From: an uncultured Collinsella sp.
Lineage (GTDB): Bacteria > Actinomycetota > Coriobacteriia > Coriobacteriales > Coriobacteriaceae
Direction of reading: 5' to 3'
DNA length: 64,000 bases
Assembly (NCBI GenBank): GCA_905213265.1
Contig: CAJMHR010000003.1
Span: forward strand, 5,411-69,410
Below the pieces are notes generated by a model that had not been told where the DNA came from, did not search any database, and saw only the letters and a program-made list of their open reading frames with translations. Shown here piece by piece: positions 28,413 to 37,520 of this stretch. The position numbers and the translations under genes are program-made. Every line of letters begins with the position of its first letter. Position 1 is the first letter of the stretch.

Positions 28413-28848
28413 TGAGGTACTTCCTTATGGTCTGCTCGATACGGGTCTCAACCGCGTCCACAACGGCGTCCTCGTTGTCCAGTACGGCCTTCACGAGGGC
28501 GCGGGGAGGGTTGCCCTGCGGGACTCCGACGGGGAGGCCCCTGCGCCTGCCCGAAAGGTAGACGGCCCCGGCGTTGGCGAACTCGATGGTTCCCGCGCCG
28601 GGGTCGGTGCTCTGTATGCGTATTCCGTTCGAGATCGCGCGCATGGCCATGCTCGACGCGTAAGCGCCGGTTTTGGCGATTGACTGGGCGTTGTTTCGCG
28701 CGTCGGTGAGGATGGGCTTGGCGTCCTGCTTCAGGCCCTTCTTGAACTCGCGGGGAAGCTCCTTGTTGATCGAGCGCAGGGCCTTGATGGTCTCCTGAAG
28801 CCCCTTGGCCTCGATGCGGACGCCGCCGCCGTGAGTGAACGCCATCAT
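28405..28848 (-). CDS. Hypothetical protein, placed unusually between the tail chaperone G/GT pair and the TMP.
   Basis: 147-aa ORF. Its ATGATG start overlaps the TGA of the frameshift product. Its stop overlaps the TMP start. Confidence 0.4.
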   Translation of the reverse strand: MMAFTHGGGVRIEAKGLQETIKALRSINKELPREFKKGLKQDAKPILTDARNNAQSIAKTGAYASSMAMRAISNGIRIQSTDPGAGTIEFANAGAVYLSGRRRGLPVGVPQGNPPRALVKAVLDNEDAVVDAVETRIEQTIRKYLNG

Positions 28849-29057
28849 TTCCTCCCGCGATTGAAAATCCTGTTTACCCTCGCCCTTCGCGCCTCCATGT
28901 CGGCCTTGCGCCCCCGCTCCTCCTGAGCGTCGTAGAACATGTCCACGTACTCATCGAAAACAGCGGGGTACTCGTCGCACAGCCTCGCTAGGTCATACGG
29001 CGAGCACCCCGTTCTCAGGCTCAGCGCGGCTATTCGGGGCGCGCGTCCGCTAAAGGG
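28845..29057 (-). other. -1 programmed ribosomal frameshift extension (gpGT-like). The slippery site is CCCTTTA at 29051-29057 on the minus strand. The -1 frame stays open for ~67 codons to the TGA at 28845.
   Basis: X XXY YYZ heptamer in the zero frame (CCT TTA). The -1 frame reads FSGRAPRIAALSLRTGCSPYDLARLCDEYPAVFDEYVDMFYDAQEERGRKADMEARRARVNRIFNRGRK and stops exactly at the next gene's start. Confidence 0.6.
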
Positions 29058-29332
29058 GCGTCGGGCTTGTTGTCCTTGATGAGCACGTCGTAGGTGTCCG
29101 CAAGCGCCTCGACGGCCTCATCGAACTCCATGCCGTCAAGGCCAAGCTCCTTGAGCTTCCCGGCGCGAGCCGCCGCGACGTAGGCCCACGCGAAGTCGAG
29201 GCGGTTCTGGTTGGTGACGCGATCCGGCCAGCCTGCGGCCTTCTCCTGCGCCTCCCAGAGGGCGGAGCGGCCGCCCTCGATCTCGAAGCTGGTGCCGTCC
29301 TCCGGCTTGGTGAACACGAAGGCGTATTTCAT
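29030..29332 (-). CDS. Tail assembly chaperone (gpG-like), zero-frame product
   Basis: 100-aa acidic protein after the major tail protein. It contains the slippery heptamer CCCTTTA near its 3' end. Confidence 0.6.
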   Translation of the reverse strand: MKYAFVFTKPEDGTSFEIEGGRSALWEAQEKAAGWPDRVTNQNRLDFAWAYVAAARAGKLKELGLDGMEFDEAVEALADTYDVLIKDNKPDAPLADARPE

Positions 29333-29341
29333 AGCTGCTCC

Positions 29342-30358
29342 TTACTCGGTGATGTAGCTCTCTGTCTTGTTGACGATGGTCACGGTGACGGGGGTGCCGT
29401 CGGCGGAGTCGATGCCGATGTCATCGGCGCTGAACTCGACCTCTGCGGCGTTGCCCTCGGGGTCGACCTCCGGCATCTCGAAGTTCCACGGCACGTTGGT
29501 GAACGCGACTTCGAGCGTGCAGTTGGCGTCGGCGGAGTGGGTGAACTTCCACAGCGCGGAGCCGTACACGATCTTGGAGGAGACCTTGGTGCCGTCGGCG
29601 GCGCCGGTGAGGCACTTGCGCATGAGCGCGAAGTCCTCCGGAACGACGGTCATGTTCACGGAGGTGGTCAGCTTGCCCTCGGCGAGGATGGTGGGCACGA
29701 CCTGCCCCGCCGCGCGCTTCGCCTCAAGGCTGTTGGACATCTCGAAGCTGCCCTGCGTCACGGTCACGTCAACGGGGGTCTGGCTCGCGGTGTCGATCTT
29801 GAAGTCGCCGCCGGTGGGCACGAAGTAGCCGTCGAAGCACGAGGGGTTGACCACGTCGCCCCAAGACTGGAAGAGCGTCGCGTCGACGCCCGCTGCGGTA
29901 ACGCTGATGTCGAGCGGGGCGTTGCCCTCGAAGGTGAGGCCAAGCGTGTCGATCTTGCAGCCGTCCACCTTGTGCACGGTCTGCTGGGCGGTGTCTCCGA
30001 TCTGGCCCCAGAAGGTCAGGAGCGGCAGCACCGAGCCGAGCGTGATGACGTGCTTGTGGTAGCCGGACTTCCCTTCAACGGGCGTGGAGACGATGTTGCC
30101 CATTGCGGCGAGGCAGTAGAGCGCGAGCGAGTCCGCGTAAGCGAGCGTCTCGAAGTCGACGCCCATGTTGACCTCGGAGACGTAGGCACCGTTGGCGGCG
30201 TTGGCGCGCAGGCCGCACGCCACGGCCTTCTGCTCGATGGTGCGCTCGGGGTTGACGAGGCCGCCGCCAGTCAGGCCGTGCTTGATGGTGGGCTGGGTGG
30301 CCGGGGTGTCTCCGTCCTGAAGCGCCACGCCCAGCATGCCGATGGAAACGTTAATCAT
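29342..30358 (-). CDS. Major tail protein (putative)
   Basis: 338 aa located immediately upstream of the G/GT pair. Beta-rich composition. Confidence 0.5.
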   Translation of the reverse strand: MINVSIGMLGVALQDGDTPATQPTIKHGLTGGGLVNPERTIEQKAVACGLRANAANGAYVSEVNMGVDFETLAYADSLALYCLAAMGNIVSTPVEGKSGYHKHVITLGSVLPLLTFWGQIGDTAQQTVHKVDGCKIDTLGLTFEGNAPLDISVTAAGVDATLFQSWGDVVNPSCFDGYFVPTGGDFKIDTASQTPVDVTVTQGSFEMSNSLEAKRAAGQVVPTILAEGKLTTSVNMTVVPEDFALMRKCLTGAADGTKVSSKIVYGSALWKFTHSADANCTLEVAFTNVPWNFEMPEVDPEGNAAEVEFSADDIGIDSADGTPVTVTIVNKTESYITE

Positions 30359-30500
30359 CGTTGGTCTCCTTCTTCCGTGCGGCGGCGCGAACCGCCCCCT
30401 GCTCCTTGAGCGCCCTCACGAGCGCATCGGGCGCTTTCACCTGCGCGCCCTTCTTGAACCGATACGGGTGCCCGTTGAAGAACACCGCTACATCCTTGGT
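30351..30500 (-). CDS. Small phage protein (49 aa). GTG start with a GAGGTAG RBS; its stop overlaps the major tail ATG (ATGATTAA).
   Basis: Translational coupling at both ends. VIATKDVAVFFNGHPYRFKKGAQVKAPDALVRALKEQG... Confidence 0.35.
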   Translation of the reverse strand, partial: TKDVAVFFNGHPYRFKKGAQVKAPDALVRALKEQGAVRAAARKKETNDD

Positions 30501-30505
30501 GGCGA

Positions 30506-30979
30506 TCACTGCACTACCTCCCTGAACTTCTGCGGGCACTTGGCGAAAACGGAGCACTGCACGCCCACGGATGCAGCGGCCATGTGGTACTTGGAGCTGT
30601 CGCCGGAAACCCCGGCGGCCTCGATGGACGGGAACGAGTTGTCCACGGTCATGCGGAGGCGCTGGTCTGCCATGACCGCGTTGAAGACCGCGTCCACGTA
30701 GGCGAGCAGCGTGGCTGATGCCGTCGCTTGGTCGGAGTGCCGCGCGAAGCACATCACGTGAACGGTGAAGTCGAGCTGACCGTCACCGGGAACGGCGCGC
30801 CCGCCCATGGTCGCGGTGTCAACGATGGAATCGACCGCGATGTAGAACGGCGGCTCGCTGGTCGGGAACCCGTCGTAGACCTTCGGTGCCTGCACGCCGG
30901 GGTAGAGGTCGGCGAAGCCCTCGGCTACCTTGGCCATGCGCCGGTACAGCTCGTCGCGCGCCTCCTTGAACGTCACCAT
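30506..30979 (-). CDS. Phage head-tail joining / tail-terminator-like structural protein
   Basis: 157 aa from MVTFKEARDELYRR. Positioned between the capsid and tail genes. The upstream ORF extension overlaps the neighbouring gene. Confidence 0.4.
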   Translation of the reverse strand: MVTFKEARDELYRRMAKVAEGFADLYPGVQAPKVYDGFPTSEPPFYIAVDSIVDTATMGGRAVPGDGQLDFTVHVMCFARHSDQATASATLLAYVDAVFNAVMADQRLRMTVDNSFPSIEAAGVSGDSSKYHMAAASVGVQCSVFAKCPQKFREVVQ

Positions 30980-31731
30980 ACGAGGTTCGCCCCCCGTCCG
31001 AACTGCTCGATTGCCGCGTTTACCTCCGGGATGTCGGTGGCGCCGTCCTGCCCTGCGGTCGTGAAGCGGATGAACCCGGCGTCGGTGCTCTCGCCCGTGG
31101 CCCCGATGGGGCGGTTGGACGGTCGCAGCATGTAGGCCGCAAGCTCCAAGACCGCGCGGGACACCTGAGCCGGAAGCTCCTCGTAGCCGTAGACGTACTC
31201 GACCCAGCACGGGCGCGGGAAGCACGCCACGGGCACCGCTTGGCAGTCGCTCGCAAGCTCGTAGCCCTCGGTGAGCAGCTCCCGCACGTCGCCGTGTTCG
31301 AGGGTCACGCACCGCTCGCGCCCGTAGTCCTTGGTGCGCCCGATCCGTGCCACGAAGGAGCGGCGGGCGTTGCGCTCGAACACGTCGGTCGCGGCCTGAC
31401 GCGCTTGGAAGAGCGTCTCCTCGGGGAGTTTGTCGAACTCGTCCTGACCGTCGCCGTAGCCCTTGAGCGCGTCGAGCCTGAAGTAGTGGCGGGACACCAC
31501 CTCGATGTAGGTGGTGAAAAGCGTCTCGCCGCCCTTCTTCCAGTCGATGCGGGCGGTGTCCGGGGCCTTGAGCGTCGGCAGCGTGACGGCGTTGTCCTCA
31601 ACGGGAAGACCCTGCTCCCCGCCGAAGCGGGGGCGCAGGGTCGCGGAGTCGATCGAGGCGTCTGCCTCAAGCTGCAAGACGGCGGTCTCCGATGCCGCGA
31701 CGCGGACGGTTGAATCCGGCGCTACGAGCAT
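30973..31731 (-). CDS. Hypothetical phage head-tail connector region protein
   Basis: 252-aa ORF in the connector module. Confidence 0.35.
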   Translation of the reverse strand: MLVAPDSTVRVAASETAVLQLEADASIDSATLRPRFGGEQGLPVEDNAVTLPTLKAPDTARIDWKKGGETLFTTYIEVVSRHYFRLDALKGYGDGQDEFDKLPEETLFQARQAATDVFERNARRSFVARIGRTKDYGRERCVTLEHGDVRELLTEGYELASDCQAVPVACFPRPCWVEYVYGYEELPAQVSRAVLELAAYMLRPSNRPIGATGESTDAGFIRFTTAGQDGATDIPEVNAAIEQFGRGANLVW

Positions 31732-31958
31732 CAGGCCTCCTCGTCCTCGTCATAGCCCTCGTCGTCCTCGTCCTCGTCCTCAACGGGTTCGGGCTTCGGC
31801 TTGGGCTTGGCCTTGCGGCGGGTAGTCTTGGCCTTGGGCTTCTCCTCAGGCTCCGGGTCGAGCAGGCCGCGCGCTGCTGCCTCCTCGTCGGACATGACCT
31901 CGCCCTCGAAGGCAACGAGGAAACCGTTCCGGATGACGCGCTTCTTGCTGGTGAACAT
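31731..31958 (-). CDS. Small acidic phage protein
   Basis: 75 aa with a highly acidic C-terminus (EDEDEDDEGYDEDEEA). Confidence 0.35.
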   Translation of the reverse strand: MFTSKKRVIRNGFLVAFEGEVMSDEEAAARGLLDPEPEEKPKAKTTRRKAKPKPKPEPVEDEDEDDEGYDEDEEA

Positions 31959-31967
31959 GACTCCTCC

Positions 31968-33119
31968 TTACGCGCCCACGCCAGCGGCGGCGGGAGCCTT
32001 GTCGAGTTCGGTCTTGGTGGCGAGGCAGAAGGCGTCCGGGTAGCGCACCTGAAGCGCCTTGGTGTGCTCGCCGAGGATGGAAAGCTCGTTCTTGATGAAC
32101 TGGTCGTTGTAGTAGCCGATCTCAACCGTGGTGCCTCCGTGGATGGCGCGGCGGCGGGCTGCGAAGGAGTCGTACACGAGGATGCCGGGGCAGCTCGCGT
32201 CCTCGACCACCTGCATGCCCCAGTACACATCGGAGCCGAGCGTCTGGTACAGGCCGGTCTCGGTCTTGTACAGGTCGATGGCCTCGCGCACCTCCGGGCT
32301 GACGGCCACGTGGGTGGGGATGCGGCGGGCGTTGCGCATGACCTTGGTTCGCATCATGCGGATGGCGTCGAAGTACATGCCGCCCATGGCCTCGGTGAAG
32401 GTCTGGATACCGGTGACGTTGGTGATTCCCACGATGTGGGTGGAGTCGGAGCCGTTCCAGTACTTGCCGTTGGTGATCTCGTCAAGGTCGAGCAGGAGGT
32501 CGTGCTCGATGAGGTCAAGCAGCTCGTCGTAGTCCATCAGGGTGTCCTTGGAGATGGGCACGTAACCCGCGATGGTCTCCTTGTTGGCGACGGCGTCCTT
32601 AAACGCGTAGATGACCTGAGCCTTGGTGGCGCTGGTGCCGGAGGTGACGCCAGCCCACGTAGCGGGCGCGCCGCTCTCGTTGGTCTTGTCGCGCTGCTTG
32701 TAGGTTACGGAGCCTGCGGCGGGCGTCTCGATCAGGGTGCTCGCGAAGTTCTGGAACACGCCGGGGAGCTTCGCGGGAAGCTCAAGCTCGATCTCGGTGG
32801 GAGCGCCCACGGTCACGACGCTGGCGGCGTTGCGCGGGCCGACCTCGGCGGAGTTCTTGAAGCCGACCTGAAGGCCGTGGAACTCGTCGCGGGCACCGAG
32901 GATGCGCACGCCGAAGGATTCGTTGTGCGGCTTGGGCTTGGGCGCGTTGCGGAGCGCGTCCTCCTCCTCGATGACGTGGCCGATGGTGATGTCCAGCTGC
33001 TCGATCTGGCCCTGGATGACGAGCGCCTTGCTCTCGTCCTTGTCATCCACGGCGCGGCGCTGCTCCTCGGCGAGGCGGTTGCGCTCCGTCCAGAGCTGCT
33101 TGGAATTGAGGATTGCCAT
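31968..33119 (-). CDS. HK97-family major capsid protein
   Basis: 383 aa. An N-terminal coiled-coil delta-like region is followed by the capsid domain. Follows the prohead protease. Confidence 0.7.
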   Translation of the reverse strand: MAILNSKQLWTERNRLAEEQRRAVDDKDESKALVIQGQIEQLDITIGHVIEEEDALRNAPKPKPHNESFGVRILGARDEFHGLQVGFKNSAEVGPRNAASVVTVGAPTEIELELPAKLPGVFQNFASTLIETPAAGSVTYKQRDKTNESGAPATWAGVTSGTSATKAQVIYAFKDAVANKETIAGYVPISKDTLMDYDELLDLIEHDLLLDLDEITNGKYWNGSDSTHIVGITNVTGIQTFTEAMGGMYFDAIRMMRTKVMRNARRIPTHVAVSPEVREAIDLYKTETGLYQTLGSDVYWGMQVVEDASCPGILVYDSFAARRRAIHGGTTVEIGYYNDQFIKNELSILGEHTKALQVRYPDAFCLATKTELDKAPAAAGVGA

Positions 33120-33122
33120 GTT

Positions 33123-33860
33123 CTACTCCTTTGTCCGGTAGACCCTGTTTCCCAACACGAGGAGGTGGCACCCCTCGTTTTGCTGCATGGTATTTGCGGC
33201 GTGAGATTTGCCCGGCTCGTCCTCCGGCTCGGCGGGCTTGGGGGTGGAAAGCGCCTCGATTGCCGCCTTCGGGGCATGCTTGTAGCGGGCCAGCATGGCC
33301 GGGTCGATGCAGGCCGCCACGCGCTGCTCGGTCTGGATGATCTCGTCCGCGAGGCCCGCGTCAACTGCGGCCTGCGCGTCGTACCATGTCTCGGCGTCCA
33401 TGGCGGAACGCACGTCCTCAACGTCCATGCCGGAGCGTGCGGCGATGATGCCCGCAATGGTTCCGTCCACGGCCTCAAGGCGCTCTGCGGCCACAAGAAG
33501 CTCTGCCGCGTTGCCGCTCGTGTAGGTCCATGCGTCATGAATCATCAGCTGCGCGAAGTCGCTCATGATGACCTTGTCCGCCATGACGGCGATGTAGGAG
33601 GCCGCCGAGGCCGCGATGCCGTCAACGTATGCGGTGGTCTCGCCCTCGTAGCGCTGGATGGCCGAGGCGATGCCGAAGCCCTCGTACACGTCGCCGCCGC
33701 AGCTGTCGATGCGGATGTCGAGCGGCTTGGGACTCAGCTCGTCAAGCGTCGCGGCGAAGTCCTTGGCCGTGTTGCTCGAATCCATGTCCCAGAAGTCGCT
33801 CCCGATGGTGCCGTAGAGGTACACCGTCGCGCGCTGGGCCTCATTCTTGATTTGAAACAT
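33123..33860 (-). CDS. ClpP-like prohead (head maturation) protease
   Basis: YLYGTIG...IDSCGGDVYEGFGIASAI...AASAASYIAVMADKVIMS matches the ClpP/S14 serine protease fold. The catalytic triad is Ser, His (HDAW), Asp. Confidence 0.75.
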   Translation of the reverse strand: MFQIKNEAQRATVYLYGTIGSDFWDMDSSNTAKDFAATLDELSPKPLDIRIDSCGGDVYEGFGIASAIQRYEGETTAYVDGIAASAASYIAVMADKVIMSDFAQLMIHDAWTYTSGNAAELLVAAERLEAVDGTIAGIIAARSGMDVEDVRSAMDAETWYDAQAAVDAGLADEIIQTEQRVAACIDPAMLARYKHAPKAAIEALSTPKPAEPEDEPGKSHAANTMQQNEGCHLLVLGNRVYRTKE

Positions 33861-35139
33861 TCGTGCCTCCTACTCCCGTCTGGCTCCCGTCTCCGGGTTC
33901 CTTCGGCTTCTCTGCGTTGGACGAGTTGAAAACGTTCACGGTTCCATCAGGGTTGACGGTTCCGTAGTTCAGCGGGAACAGCGGAAGCCCGATGCCCTCA
34001 AGCGGGTCGAAGTCCTCAAGGTCGCGGACGTCCTCGCGCGTGATCGCGCCCAGATAGCCCATCTCGCGGTAGTACTGGGTGCGGGTGGCGTCGTCACCGC
34101 GCATGAGGCCCTGAACGCGGAACTTGGCCTGCGCGTTCGGAAGCCCGCAGGACGCGAGAACCGGCTGCAACGCGATCTCGATGCACCGCACGTCGGGCAC
34201 GATGGTGTCAGTCACGTAGTCGATGTTGGACTGCTGCCCGCCGGCGTAGGTCGTCTGGTCTCCGTCGTAGACCTTCCAAGGCGGCACGTTGCAGGCGCGG
34301 CACACCTGATGCAGCACCCACTTCTGCTGCTCGATGACCGACGCGTCCTTCATGGTCTGCTGGTCGGCGACCCACTTGGCCCCGTAGCCGAAGATGGGCG
34401 CGCGCCCCGCCTCGGTGATGCCGCTCTTCATATCGATGGCCGTGCGCAGGGCGCTCAGCTTCTTCTCGTCGTTGATGACGTTCCCGGCTGGTAGCTCGAC
34501 GTGGCCCAGATGGTGGTTCCCGTTGCGGAGCATCGAGCGGTAGAAGCGCTCAAGGTCGAGGCTCAGGCCGATCTCCTCGGCTGCCAGCTTCGCGAGCGAC
34601 TTGCCCTTGATGCCGTCCTTGGTCACGTGCGTGCAGATGTTGACGACCTCGTGGTTGAAGTACGTCCCTGCGGGCACGTGGTCATCGCCCGGCGCTACGG
34701 TGTAGGTGGTGCGGTAGCCCTTCGGCGCGTCGCGGTCGTAGTTGTGCTGGACGGTCGCGGTGATGGGCCAGATGGCCTCGATGCGCCCACGGTTCCACTC
34801 GATGAACCAGTAGGCGTTGCCGAACGTGTCACGGCGCAGCACCGTCCACGCCATGAGCGCCGGGGCGGTCATCTCCTCGTTGGCCATGCCGTTGAGGAGC
34901 TTCGCGAGCGGATGGTTGGCCAGGCGCTCCGATCCGCTGCGCCTGTGGTTGACCACGCTGAACGGAAGAGACGCCATTGAGCGCGCCTTGGTCTGCTCGC
35001 AAGCGGCGTAGTCGATTGACATGAGCGCGCCGTATCCAGCCGGTGTGGGAGCGAACCCCGGCGGAAGGTTGACGCGCACCACGTCTGAAAGCTCTGGCTC
35101 CTCGCCGCGCTTGTAGAACATGTCGTAGAAACGTCCCAT
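33841..35139 (-). CDS. Portal protein (HK97 family)
   Basis: 432 aa between TerL and the protease. Portal-like conserved core. Confidence 0.7.
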   Translation of the reverse strand: MGRFYDMFYKRGEEPELSDVVRVNLPPGFAPTPAGYGALMSIDYAACEQTKARSMASLPFSVVNHRRSGSERLANHPLAKLLNGMANEEMTAPALMAWTVLRRDTFGNAYWFIEWNRGRIEAIWPITATVQHNYDRDAPKGYRTTYTVAPGDDHVPAGTYFNHEVVNICTHVTKDGIKGKSLAKLAAEEIGLSLDLERFYRSMLRNGNHHLGHVELPAGNVINDEKKLSALRTAIDMKSGITEAGRAPIFGYGAKWVADQQTMKDASVIEQQKWVLHQVCRACNVPPWKVYDGDQTTYAGGQQSNIDYVTDTIVPDVRCIEIALQPVLASCGLPNAQAKFRVQGLMRGDDATRTQYYREMGYLGAITREDVRDLEDFDPLEGIGLPLFPLNYGTVNPDGTVNVFNSSNAEKPKEPGDGSQTGVGGTNVSNQE

Positions 35140-35181
35140 GCTGCCCCTTTCTTCTGGCGGAATGGTACGGGCGGCGTGAGA

Positions 35182-36609
35182 TTAGTAGATTTCCGGGGCG
35201 TCCTCGCTTCCAGACACGAGCTTGTTGTAGGCGAGCGCGGCTATAGCCAAGGCGATAGCGCCGTCTATCTTGGACTTGCGGGAGTCCTTGCCGAATCGCG
35301 TTCCGTATGGCTCGCGCTCCTCCTCCACGGTGTTCTCCAAGTGCTGCCGAAGCTTCCTCTCTCCCTTGAGCTTGAGCCGCCTGTCCTTCACGAGGTTCAT
35401 CACGATCGAGGTCGCTTGGCACATGGTGGCGTTGTTCTGGGCGAAGGACACGGTCTCGATGCCGTACACGTCGTTGAGCTGGCTGCTCATGACTATCATG
35501 CGGTTCGGGTCGATGCCAACGACCTCCGGGTAGTGCTCTTGGCACACGCCCGCCACAAGCTCCATGATCTGGTTGAGCGGGTAGTGCCCGGTGTCCTCGT
35601 CCGGCGTGTCGAATATCCAGCTTTTCGTGTAGCCGACCATGGTTCCGCGCTTGTTCTTGCGCTCCTGATAGGCCACGATCGCATAGGAGTCGCCAGCCGT
35701 AGCGCCGTCGATGCCGATGGTGAACGGACTGTCGAAGTCGAGCTTGTTCGGCCCGCGCTCGCATCGGTCGAGCTGCGCCGTGGTGAAGCACGAGTACGCG
35801 TCCCTGTCGGACGGGAAGCGGTTGGCGGTGTAGCGCTCGAACGACCTCTTGGACGTGGCCATTCCGCGCTGGTCTTGGATGCTCTCCCACGTGACCCAAG
35901 AGGCGCACATGAGCGGTTCCCAGCTCTCGCGCTTGTCGATGTCCGCGCCGTCATCGAGGCCCAGCCAGTAGAGGTACATGCCGGGGTCGTCGTCGGCTTT
36001 CTGCAAGGTGTCCCAAAGGAAGCCCTCGCGCGCGTCGCCTGCGGTGGTGATGCCGATTGAAAGCGGGTTCCAAAGAACCTTCTGGCCCTTCAGCCCGGCG
36101 TCCCACACCTTGCTGTCCTTGTAGACGTGCAGCTCGTCAAAGATGAGCACGTTGAAGTGCCAAGACTCAAGGGCGTCCGGCTTGTTGGGAAGCACCATGA
36201 TCTTCGCGCCGGTCTCGTTGTGGGTGATGACGTCCTTGCCGATGTCCCACTGGCTCTTCCACGTGTCGTTGAGCTTTATCATGGTGGCGATCTTCTCGAA
36301 GATGTTGCGCACCTGATCCTTGGAGCTTGCGACCACGCCGTACTGCCCGTTGTGGATGACCTCCATCGTTGCGACGGTGAGAACGGTCGCTGCGGCAAGC
36401 TCGGTCTTGCCGTAGCCGGAAGGCAGGCCGATGATCACGCGGCGGAAGCGGCGCTTGAACCTTCCGCCCTCCATGCTCCCCGTTGCGAATATCGGCTTCC
36501 AGATGTTCTCGCGCTGGAAGGGTTCGAGCAGGAAGGGCTTGCCGTAGTAGCTGTCGTTGGAGACGTGGTGGCACATGGAGGAGAGGCACTTCTCGTAGTC
36601 GCGCGCCAT
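35182..36609 (-). CDS. Terminase large subunit (Terminase_1 family). The start is at MARDYEK; the alternative is 36651.
   Basis: Walker A GLPSGYGKT and an ATPase-plus-nuclease architecture. Confidence 0.75.
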   Translation of the reverse strand: MARDYEKCLSSMCHHVSNDSYYGKPFLLEPFQRENIWKPIFATGSMEGGRFKRRFRRVIIGLPSGYGKTELAAATVLTVATMEVIHNGQYGVVASSKDQVRNIFEKIATMIKLNDTWKSQWDIGKDVITHNETGAKIMVLPNKPDALESWHFNVLIFDELHVYKDSKVWDAGLKGQKVLWNPLSIGITTAGDAREGFLWDTLQKADDDPGMYLYWLGLDDGADIDKRESWEPLMCASWVTWESIQDQRGMATSKRSFERYTANRFPSDRDAYSCFTTAQLDRCERGPNKLDFDSPFTIGIDGATAGDSYAIVAYQERKNKRGTMVGYTKSWIFDTPDEDTGHYPLNQIMELVAGVCQEHYPEVVGIDPNRMIVMSSQLNDVYGIETVSFAQNNATMCQATSIVMNLVKDRRLKLKGERKLRQHLENTVEEEREPYGTRFGKDSRKSKIDGAIALAIAALAYNKLVSGSEDAPEIY

Positions 36610-36637
36610 GATTAGGCCCTCGCGCGAGTACGTGGTC

Positions 36638-37186
36638 TCAGTCCTCCGCATCCTCTATCACCACCTCTGATTCCGGCAGCTCGTATGCCGCGTCGATGCT
36701 CTTGAACATGGCTGCTGTGTCCGCCGCCGTCTTGGTCGCGGTCGCGTCCATGAGGCCGATGCGCGAGCGCGCCAAGGGCGATAGGCCAAGCATGTCGGAC
36801 AGCGCGCGAATCTCTGAGCTTGCCTCCTTGAGGATCGTGAGCGCCGGGTTCTTGCGCACCAAGGGAATCTCGCGCCCGTCGGCGTTCTTGAAGGGCTTGA
36901 CGCCTATCTTGTCGAAGATGGCTATCTTGCCGTCCTCGGAGTGGATTGCCTGCTCGGCCTGACGCGCCACGGCGTGCCAGTAGGTCAGGAGCCGAAGCGT
37001 CGGGATGTCCTGATCGGTGAAGCTGTTCACCGGGGGCGCGAGCCACGCCCATATCTCGCTCTGCACGGGGTCTTCGGCTATGTCCTGCGGCATGAGCACG
37101 CCCGAGGAACCCTCGCGCACGGCGAGGCCGTAGGAGTCCGAGAGGCCCCGGCGTATGGCGTTGTGCTTCGGCTTCGCGCCCTTCAC
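36638..37186 (-). CDS. Terminase small subunit (P27 family)
   Basis: 182 aa directly upstream of TerL. Typical P27-family size and a helical N-terminus. Confidence 0.55.
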   Translation of the reverse strand: MKGAKPKHNAIRRGLSDSYGLAVREGSSGVLMPQDIAEDPVQSEIWAWLAPPVNSFTDQDIPTLRLLTYWHAVARQAEQAIHSEDGKIAIFDKIGVKPFKNADGREIPLVRKNPALTILKEASSEIRALSDMLGLSPLARSRIGLMDATATKTAADTAAMFKSIDAAYELPESEVVIEDAED

Positions 37187-37482
37187 AGGCCCTCACCCCT
37201 CAGTTCGTCCTCGATCTTCTTGGCAGCCCTGCGCAGCTTCAGGCACAGGGGCGATGACGTGAGCATGGAGGCGCGGGAAAGGTCGCTCGCCGCCACGTGG
37301 GCGCGCTGCAAGACCTCAAGCACCTCGTCATAGGTCATGGATGCGGACGGGGCGGGAGCCTGAAGCTCGCCGGTGTAGGCGTAGCCTCTGGCCGCGCGCG
37401 AGCGGCACGTGGCGGAGCAGTACCGCGCCGTGCTTCGCTGGGCCTTGAACTCCCGCCCGCATATCTCGCACCGCTTAATCAT
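37183..37482 (-). CDS. Hypothetical zinc-ribbon protein
   Basis: The N-terminal CEICGREF...CSATC Cys4 motif. Confidence 0.35.
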   Translation of the reverse strand: MIKRCEICGREFKAQRSTARYCSATCRSRAARGYAYTGELQAPAPSASMTYDEVLEVLQRAHVAASDLSRASMLTSSPLCLKLRRAAKKIEDELRGEGL

Positions 37483-37520
37483 CGCTATCGCCCGCTATTC
37501 CGAACCGCGCGGCAAGGAAC

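Noticed and set aside
36651-36651. Alternative TerL start at 36651 (MRRTETTYSREGLIM...)
   Set aside because: That start overlaps the TerS 3' end and its GAGG sits immediately adjacent to the ATG. The start at 36609 is preferred because of RBS spacing, though this is not certain.
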